A stretch of 39,665 nucleotides of DNA from a virus: the IMG/VR virus record IMGVR_UViG_3300045988_174472; one strand, given 5' to 3'. The notes under the pieces were generated by a model. It was given only the letters and a program-made list of their open reading frames with translations, was not told where the DNA came from and made no database searches. Positions 33,901 to 39,665 of this stretch are shown piece by piece; the first letter of the stretch is position 1, and each line of letters starts with the position of its first letter. Both the position numbers and the translations under genes were made by a program.

Positions 33901-35273
33901 TAACTACAATAGATAAAGATGGTATTACTATTACTAATACTTCATCAGCTACTTTCACACAAATAGATAGTGAATCATTCAGAGTTGAAGATAATAATGG
34001 TGGTACTGTTGCAGAGTTTTCAAGGGAATCTTCAATACCTAAATTAACTGCAGGTTCAATTACTGCTAATGAAGTTTATGCAGGGAATATATGCTCTAAA
34101 TCACCAAAGGCAGGAGATATAAAGTTTATATATGTTAATGGCTCAACTGGTAATGATAACAATGCAGGAACAAACTCAAGTCCATATAAGACAGTGCAAA
34201 GAGCAATAGATGACATCAAAGATAAGCAAGACCAAAGTGTTACTATTTATGTTTATAATAGTGTACCGGGATTTGATTTAAAAGGTATCACTGGAACAGG
34301 TGTAATCACATTAAGTTTCCAAGATAGTGCTGTAATAAACGGTTATGTTATTTTGGGTGGAGTTACAAATTCAATAAGAATAACTAATGAATCTGGCTCT
34401 TTAAAATCAACATTTAAAAATGGTATCAGCATTTATAGATGTGTAAATGTAGATATTTATGGAGTAACCTTCAGAGGGACAAATGCTCAAGGTGGAAACA
34501 TCACGATACAAGATACTAATTATTGTGCTGTTAATAGTTGCGATTTTGGAGGAACTAATACAAAAATACCTTGGGCTATTAATGTAAAAGCTTCTTTACT
34601 TTGGCTACATGGATGTAGAGGGTCAAATATTACAGATGTTGTAGCTCAAGGAGCTTTCAGTCATGTTATGATGGCGAGAGCTGGAACAAGTAATGTTCCA
34701 GATTACACAAATGGTTTACTTATTAATTATGATGGGGCTGGAAGAATACAAAACTGGGTAGGAGGTACATTTACAAAAACTCCTTCTAGTGGATGGAATC
34801 CAGCTTATACTCCAACACAAAAAACTCAGACTTGGAGCTTTAATAAGATCTGGTCAGATGAAACTCTTAATGGATGGAGTGATAGACAAGAACTTATACA
34901 AGGTTATGCATCTACTTGGAACACTGGTAGATGGACTGGATATATGCAATTTACAGATGGAATGTCTGCTATTAGAAGTGCAATATCTGGTGGAACTAAC
35001 TTCTCTGGAAGATTATATATTCAAAGAAGAACAAGTTCTGGTAACTCAACTGGCTCAAAACTTTGTTTATATGCATCTGATGGAACTTTAATAACTAACA
35101 GTACAACTATAAACAGAGGGCAAGGAGTTTGGGTAACTTTAAATTCTTCAATTATATCTAAAATAGCATCTGGAGCAATAACATATTTCTATTTAAAAGC
35201 TGATGCAAATAATACTGCTACTTTCTTTAAATGCGAAGCTAATCCAAAAATAGAAATAACTTATACTAAATAA
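30924..35273 (+). CDS. Tail-associated / receptor-binding fibre protein (Tal-like N-terminus, collagen-like stalk, beta-helix C-terminal region)
   Basis: 1449 aa. Gly-X-Y run at aa about 420-452. The segment YVNGSTGNDNNAGTNSSPYKTVQRAIDDI is typical of the entry to a right-handed beta-helix (pectate-lyase fold). Confidence 0.8.
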   Translation: MNNMIFVLNKDFKTILTLNLGISDLCYFDDVYNASLSTGTSTFKFSTLLNNQTGEAIVGGNYIAFRDDNNKVKVLQIMSVEQVSSSTPCLNAYCESLGMELLNQVFRARKIQPCNIKQFLSIALYETDWSLGYIDDRLIDVVTISDIDKDINVFKLIQQEITKFNCDIDFSVEIINGYIKKSVNVYKKKGKLYKTRLEVQRNTEEIVRTEDLTNLATALIGRGNNNLKFNDVELEGIDKPIGQDFVYDIEAFERYNINGNHLFRIFEYDTDNPYELLRKTQEALETYCKPEIKYEIKADLFSGLSNEDFYMLEEGDTFYITDYNFSPPLFLEARVSELYKSRTNPSDNKVVFSNFKELKSNISNVYSNSLYTWIMYADDENGNGISNTSTNKKYIGIAYNKKNPNQSDNSKDYVWSLIKGEDGATGPQGPKGPQGPIGATGPQGPAGANGQDANLLDWVKEWDGSKTTIKNTTILSPKIFAGKKESNGTPTGVAMGVNIFGTGSNYSGLAGYKSGINTFLLGTDGSFRAGIESGSHIKFDSATGKFAINADSIIIGGSNVATTTTVNNVVSNKIDNAINNMHIGTRNYILKSSDQYKTLTFSGWQTDISSRTLDSMGLKAGDIVTFRFYVKTGANEILAMLKFGADNGSYTEVSSISSLNLAGINTVLANAEGYLTVTCEIPSVSVATGNTTTNPIGQPITNVTFRIRHRTNTLTSTVQYKEAKFEKGNKPSDWTPAPEDVDSSISAIEAKITEDAITNTVKKNFYTKSETDSQITSKGYQTSSQVQQMVDKFEAKFEESGGYNLIINSALKNGTKHWFAMRWGNEPIGTNGIQVRKVGDQYTLTNRNSLNAFVTGLVSDNANKPLRAGFDSSKFKVRGNTTYTLHCLMACHRAKSITIEMLCYDSSGNRLSGNNSVDVSNLKTGGRDRNNWTVVKHIFTTQANASECHIRAYMNEWTGHETSAHMWMAEPIIVEGNKDVIWTPSADEVYDGITTIDKDGITITNTSSATFTQIDSESFRVEDNNGGTVAEFSRESSIPKLTAGSITANEVYAGNICSKSPKAGDIKFIYVNGSTGNDNNAGTNSSPYKTVQRAIDDIKDKQDQSVTIYVYNSVPGFDLKGITGTGVITLSFQDSAVINGYVILGGVTNSIRITNESGSLKSTFKNGISIYRCVNVDIYGVTFRGTNAQGGNITIQDTNYCAVNSCDFGGTNTKIPWAINVKASLLWLHGCRGSNITDVVAQGAFSHVMMARAGTSNVPDYTNGLLINYDGAGRIQNWVGGTFTKTPSSGWNPAYTPTQKTQTWSFNKIWSDETLNGWSDRQELIQGYASTWNTGRWTGYMQFTDGMSAIRSAISGGTNFSGRLYIQRRTSSGNSTGSKLCLYASDGTLITNSTTINRGQGVWVTLNSSIISKIASGAITYFYLKADANNTATFFKCEANPKIEITYTK
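32181..32279 (+). repeat. Collagen-like (Gly-X-Y)x11 coding repeat inside the fibre gene
   Basis: Encodes GEDGATGPQGPKGPQGPIGATGPQGPAGANGQD. Confidence 0.9.
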
Positions 35274-35278
35274 ATTAA

Positions 35279-35311
35279 GGGAGTCTGACAAAATGTCAGA
35301 TTCTCTTTTTA
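35279..35311 (+). terminator. Intrinsic terminator after the fibre gene
   Basis: Stem gagtctgaca / tgtcagattc plus TTTTT. Confidence 0.65.
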
Positions 35312-35342
35312 TATACAAAAAATTATTAATGAGGTGAAGTAA

Positions 35343-35726
35343 ATGTTTGATAACTTAAGCATAATAAAAGGATATAAATTACAAGACAATATAACTGGAA
35401 ATGAAGTAGAAATAGCAACCTTTAATGCTGTACTAACAAAGGGTAGCAATATAAATGTATTCATGAATATAAACTACCCTAACCTTTATGAAGTTCACAA
35501 AGACAATATATTAATAGCTTATAGAGAATTTAATGCAGAGGTATCAGCTCTTGCATGTACTATGGGACTTGCAACAGAAGCGCATCAAGCAAGTACATTA
35601 AGGAAACTAGAACCATTAAGAGGAGAATTTAAAGATATGGCTATTAAAGTATTTTCTGATGTTATAGCATCTCTTGGAGATATACAAGTTAATCCAGTGC
35701 CAGTTATGGATATGCCAAGATATTAA
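35343..35726 (+). CDS. Hypothetical protein between fibre and holin
   Basis: 127-aa ORF with RBS gaggtgaagt. Confidence 0.6.
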   Translation: MFDNLSIIKGYKLQDNITGNEVEIATFNAVLTKGSNINVFMNINYPNLYEVHKDNILIAYREFNAEVSALACTMGLATEAHQASTLRKLEPLRGEFKDMAIKVFSDVIASLGDIQVNPVPVMDMPRY

Positions 35727-35751
35727 AATAAATAACTTAAATATAGATTTA

Positions 35752-35776
35752 AGCCTTAGAAATAAGGCTCTTTTCT
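35752..35776 (+). terminator. Intrinsic terminator
   Basis: Stem agcctta / taaggct, followed by cttttc. Confidence 0.55.
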
Positions 35777-35800
35777 TATACAAAATAAGGAGATGATGAA

Positions 35801-36091
35801 ATGGAACAAATGATAACAGAATTTGCAGGACTTGGAATAGTTGGATTAATAGGAGGATATCTATTTACAACATTTATGAAAGAAAGAGCAGAAGAACGAA
35901 AAGTTAGTATGGAAAATCAAAAAGAAGATAGAGAACTATTTAGAAAATCGGTTGAAACTTTTACTGAAACTTCAAATACGTATGCAGAAACTATAGGATC
36001 TCTTACTGTTAGAGTTGAAAATGTAGAAGAAAATACTGAAAGAATAGAGCAAAAATTAGATAAAGTATTATACAAAGTGGAGGTAAAATAA
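35801..36091 (+). CDS. BhlA/UviB-family holin-like protein
   Basis: N-terminal TM FAGLGIVGLIGGYLFTTFM followed by a charged coiled coil. It ends one base before the endolysin start. Confidence 0.6.
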   Translation: MEQMITEFAGLGIVGLIGGYLFTTFMKERAEERKVSMENQKEDRELFRKSVETFTETSNTYAETIGSLTVRVENVEENTERIEQKLDKVLYKVEVK

Positions 36092-36092
36092 T

Positions 36093-36917
36093 ATGGATTT
36101 AAATATACATGCAGGGCACAATCCAGACGATAAGTCTGCTTGCGGAGCTATAGGATTAATAAAGGAATCAACAGAAAATAGAAATGTTAAAAATGATTTA
36201 ATAGATATATTAAAAGATAAAAATAATACTGTATATGATTGTACAGTAAATAACGGAACGTCTGTATCAGATGTAATCAATAAAATAGTTGCTAAATGTA
36301 ATGCACATTCAGTAGATTTAGATGTATCAATACACTTTAACAGTGGAGCTGAAGATAAAAATGGAAATGGCAAGAGTACTGGAGTAGAAGTGTTAGTTTA
36401 TAAAATGAGTGGTCCAGCATATGAAGCGGCAGTAAGAATTTGTAAAGAAATTGAAGCTTTAGGATATAAAAATAGAGGAGTTAAGCAAAGAACTGATTTA
36501 TCTTTCTTAAAGAAAACAAAAGCTCCAGCATTATTAGTTGAGTGTTGCTTTGTAGATGATAAAGATGATATAGATTTATATAATTCTAAGTCAATTGCTA
36601 AAGCTATAGCTCAAGGAATTTTAAATAAAAAAATATCAACATCAGTTCCACAACATACACCAGTTCCAGATTCAGAAATATTCTATAGAGCAGTATCAGG
36701 AAGCTTTAATAATAAAAATAATGCACTTGATAGAAAAGACAAATTAGATAAAGATGAATTTAGTGGTGTATTCTTAGAAGCATTTGTAAAAGATGAAACT
36801 ACCTGGTACAGAGTTATCGCCGGATCATTCAAAGATAGAAAACTAGCAGAGCAAAGAATAAAAGACTTATCTGATAAAGGATATGACGGAGGATTTATAG
36901 CTGCATTTAGAAAATAA
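36093..36917 (+). CDS. Endolysin: N-acetylmuramoyl-L-alanine amidase (Amidase_3) with C-terminal SPOR-like domain
   Basis: Amidase_3 pattern IHAGHN...SIHFNS...GVEVL...LLVECCFVD. C-terminus FYRAVSGSF...WYRVIAGSF is SPOR-type. Confidence 0.9.
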   Translation: MDLNIHAGHNPDDKSACGAIGLIKESTENRNVKNDLIDILKDKNNTVYDCTVNNGTSVSDVINKIVAKCNAHSVDLDVSIHFNSGAEDKNGNGKSTGVEVLVYKMSGPAYEAAVRICKEIEALGYKNRGVKQRTDLSFLKKTKAPALLVECCFVDDKDDIDLYNSKSIAKAIAQGILNKKISTSVPQHTPVPDSEIFYRAVSGSFNNKNNALDRKDKLDKDEFSGVFLEAFVKDETTWYRVIAGSFKDRKLAEQRIKDLSDKGYDGGFIAAFRK

Positions 36918-36944
36918 TTCAATAAGGTAAAAACAAATAGTCAT

Positions 36945-36984
36945 AAAAAAGAAAGTGACCAAATATAAATCACTTTCTTTTTTG
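36945..36984 (+). terminator. Terminator of the late/lysis operon
   Basis: Stem gaaagtga / tcactttc, extended by A/T pairs, plus a T-run. Confidence 0.65.
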
Positions 36985-37024
36985 TACATATTCCAATTTT
37001 CAAAGCTACATGTTATATTTTTTA

Positions 37025-37130
37025 GGAATTACAATCTATAGAGTGGTATTTCAATACAATGTTGAAAGTAGATAAATTTTGAATAATAAAAATAAGAGTT
37101 GTATTTATTCATTTATACAACCCTTATTTT
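37025..37130 (+). ncRNA. Orphan RNA carrying the toxin-type 5' module but no toxin ORF
   Basis: Extended -10-like TGTTATATT at 37011-37019. Module ggaattacaatctatagagtggtatttca at 37025-37053. Only a 7-codon ORF follows. Hairpin 37093-37126 plus TTTT. Confidence 0.35.
37093..37130 (-). terminator. Terminator of the secreted-protein gene (hairpin shared with the orphan RNA)
   Basis: Stem taagagttgtat / atacaaccctta. The stem is better on the minus strand (G-U instead of A-C) and is followed there by a T-run. Confidence 0.6.
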
Positions 37131-37274
37131 TAGTTCACATTATATTATAGTAAATTAACTTATAAATGATAGTATAGAATTTGTTATAATTTTATTTATG
37201 TAATTATATAGCAACAATATGTATACTAACTTTTTAAAGTTAAATTACTATAATATTAGCAATATAAAAATATT

Positions 37275-38297
37275 TTATAAATCAGTGAAATAAACCCCCT
37301 TTATTCCAGGTTGATAGAACCCTGAAGATGATCGTACAGAATGACTCGCCTCAACATAGAACTGTCCTTTTAAATTAGTTGCTCTTATAGTAGGATTTGT
37401 TTTAACTTTAGTTCTAGCAACTCCAGGAGATAAAAATTCCCATCTTCCGTATCTCCCAGACTTAGAACTTAAATCATTGTATTTATACCCTCCAGCACTA
37501 AATTTCCATTCCCTAGGATTTATAAGTCCATTTAGAGTAAATGTTCTATCTGTTATACCATTCATATCTGGAGCCCAGTCGATAAGCATCTCAGTACTTG
37601 AACCAGCCAGACTCAACCTTGTTTTTTGAACTCGTATATAATCTAGAGAACTATTCATTTCAGCTTGCGAAACTGACGATATATCCCATACGGAACCTTT
37701 TTTACCATCAATATTAGCTGAAGTCTTGTTTCCAGTCAAGGTAGTAGAAACAACACCTTTTTTAGTACCACCTGACGTATTCAATCCCCATGACACATTT
37801 CTTATTATGGATCTCGCTTCAGCTTTAGTGTTCTTGCTATACGCTTCACTTATATCTATATACCTTTTACTCTCAGTATCTTTAACTTCTTCAATAAGCT
37901 CATTAATATTTCTTTTTTCAACGCTATCATAATAATACGATATATACTTCTGCCCATTTATATCATCAATATAAACAGCAAATAAAGGGTATCCATCATT
38001 CTGATTTATATTCAAGTTAGTTTCTATAGGGTTACCGTTATTGTGTAGTACAAGGCTAGTGTCTTCACCTTTCAACATTTTTTTATCCAACTTTGAATAA
38101 GTATTTAGCGAAGTATCTTTTGTGTTAAGTAAAAATGTAGGATCTGCATCTTTATATTCATTCCACTCACTGATTGACAACCCTTCTATATTTAAGTTTA
38201 GGTTATCTTTTCCATCAACTGTAGCAGCAGATATATTTAGCGATCCTAATAAAATAATACATCCAGTCAACGCCGCAATTTTTTTTGAAAATCTCAT
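37275..38297 (-). CDS. Secreted protein of unknown function (moron; candidate lysogenic-conversion factor)
   Basis: Sec signal peptide MRFSKKIAALTGCIILLGSLNISAA/TV. RBS ggaggt. Own promoter (TGTTATACT on the minus strand near 38340) and own terminator. Opposite orientation to the phage late genes. Confidence 0.7.
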   Translation of the reverse strand: MRFSKKIAALTGCIILLGSLNISAATVDGKDNLNLNIEGLSISEWNEYKDADPTFLLNTKDTSLNTYSKLDKKMLKGEDTSLVLHNNGNPIETNLNINQNDGYPLFAVYIDDINGQKYISYYYDSVEKRNINELIEEVKDTESKRYIDISEAYSKNTKAEARSIIRNVSWGLNTSGGTKKGVVSTTLTGNKTSANIDGKKGSVWDISSVSQAEMNSSLDYIRVQKTRLSLAGSSTEMLIDWAPDMNGITDRTFTLNGLINPREWKFSAGGYKYNDLSSKSGRYGRWEFLSPGVARTKVKTNPTIRATNLKGQFYVEASHSVRSSSGFYQPGIKGVYFTDL

Positions 38298-38625
38298 AAA
38301 ATACCTCCAATTATTTATTATATTTTAATAACAATGAAAGTATAACATATCCTATCTGTCGAAAATTGACATTTTTTAGTTTTTTTGTTTTTTTATAATG
38401 GATATTATCAGAAAAACAAGAATCCTCTCTACAGTGAACTTATTTTTTCAAATACTATATTTTTTTATGGTACAATTTTATATGTATAAAATTGTTTATA
38501 ATTCTTATTTTATTGTTGATAAGTATAATATTTTTGTTGATAAATAGCCATTTTCTGTGGAGTCAGCTATTTCATACTGACGTATAAATTATATAATATA
38601 GTATTTTCAATAGTTACAAGCCTTA

Positions 38626-38656
38626 GGCATAAAACTAATACTTTTATGCCTTTTTA
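38626..38656 (+). terminator. Plus-strand intrinsic terminator with no upstream CDS
   Basis: Stem ggcataaaa / ttttatgcc plus TTTTT. Confidence 0.6.
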
Positions 38657-38753
38657 AAATCAAATATTTTTAATATAAAAATTAAAAATTTATAAACTAA
38701 TTAATAAAACTTTTTATATATCATGTTTGTTGTAGATAATACTTATTTCTTTG

Positions 38754-38782
38754 TTGATAAGTAGTAATTTTCTGTGTATAAT
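38754..38782 (+). promoter_or_regulatory. Promoter of the DUF3800 gene
   Basis: TTGATA (38754-38759), 17 nt, then TATAAT (38777-38782). Confidence 0.5.
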
Positions 38783-38839
38783 TATATTATTGTCTGTTGA
38801 TATATAGAAAATAAATATTTATTACATAAAACATAAAAT

Positions 38840-39532
38840 ATGTATGGGCTAGGAGATGATATTGTGAAAGAATATTTTATGTATTTTGATGAATCGGGTA
38901 ATTTAGGGACCTCTGGTAAGTATTTTGTCATAGCATGTATTATTACAGAGAATCGTAAAGCTCTTCATAATACTATGAAAAAAACATTAAAAAAAATTAA
39001 GTCTGATTATCATAATGCTAAATTTGATGGACATGAATTAAAAGCTAATAAAGCAACTAAAGAAATTAAATCATTTGTATTAAATAGAATTTCTAAAAAT
39101 AATTTAGAAATAAGTTATATCGTTGCTGAAAAACAACATGTACAAGAACAACTTATCAAGGATCAAAATAGATTTTATAATTTTTTATTAAAAATATTGC
39201 TAGATCAACATAAAGAAAAATTTAAAGAAAATAAAATTAATCTAATATTAGATAATAAAACTATTAAAGTTAAATCATTAAATTCATTTGAAGATTATAT
39301 AAATATACATATAAATTATGAACTTGGACTAAACTCTGACATTATTGTTGAATATAAAGATTCTAAATCTCATGATGCATATAATATACAAGCCGTAGAT
39401 TATATAGCTAATGTTATTTATTCTCATTATGAATATAATTTAGATATTTATATGCCTATAATCAAAAATAAAATAAAAGTTATTGAAGAATTTCCAAAGT
39501 TTAAATTTAAAAAAATAAAAAAAGGTGCTTAA
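38840..39532 (+). CDS. DUF3800-family protein
   Basis: N-terminal YFDESGNLG motif and C-terminal NIQAVDYIANVIY (Q.AD.IA) motif are characteristic of DUF3800. The start is ambiguous (ATG 38840, GTG 38865 after RBS aggag, or ATG 38879). Confidence 0.7.
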   Translation: MYGLGDDIVKEYFMYFDESGNLGTSGKYFVIACIITENRKALHNTMKKTLKKIKSDYHNAKFDGHELKANKATKEIKSFVLNRISKNNLEISYIVAEKQHVQEQLIKDQNRFYNFLLKILLDQHKEKFKENKINLILDNKTIKVKSLNSFEDYINIHINYELGLNSDIIVEYKDSKSHDAYNIQAVDYIANVIYSHYEYNLDIYMPIIKNKIKVIEEFPKFKFKKIKKGA

Positions 39533-39546
39533 AAGTATTTACTTTT

Positions 39547-39665
39547 ATTTTTTTTTTGATATAATTAAAATTAGTTATAGGGTAAACCCATATTAATGTA
39601 TCATCTATAAGTATATAAGCTGCCTATTTTGGTAGCCGTTATTATGGTTCCATAACACTAGCCCA
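39547..39665. repeat. Terminal redundancy, right copy
   Basis: Exact copy of 1-119. It starts 14 nt after the stop of the DUF3800 gene. Confidence 0.9.

Overview
The window appears to be one complete circular replicon. Bases 1-119 are repeated exactly at 39547-39665, giving a unit length of 39,546 bp. It is very AT-rich and Clostridia-like; the type I toxin family resembles those of Clostridioides difficile mobile elements. I read it as a temperate siphovirus maintained as a phage-plasmid. No integrase or recombinase is present. In that position sit a ParM/ParR/parC partition locus, a Rep_3-type initiator with 21-22-bp iterons, a LexA-like repressor and an XRE/cI-type repressor. The + strand then runs through an early region, a packaging module, an HK97-type head, a siphovirus tail and a lysis module. 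The early region holds an HUH rolling-circle Rep, a Bro-type antirepressor, an NdpA-like protein, YopX, VRR-NUC and a sigma-like regulator. Packaging is HNH, a cos-like GC island and TerS/TerL. The head genes are portal, ClpP-type protease and major capsid. The tail has a 1385-aa tape measure, a Dit with an SH3-like insert, and a 1449-aa fibre with collagen-like and beta-helix segments. Lysis is a BhlA/UviB-like holin plus an Amidase_3+SPOR endolysin. The accessory arm (about 36.9 kb through the junction to about 4.5 kb) is the most interesting part. It holds three paralogous type I toxin-antitoxin cassettes whose 51-59-aa toxin ORFs fall below the ORF-track cutoff. These are built around a roughly 30-nt transcript-5' module that occurs at least 8 times in the element. 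The arm also carries several promoter-to-terminator units without ORFs, a secreted protein of unknown function and a DUF3800 protein. All functional calls rest on motif recognition by eye; no database search was run.
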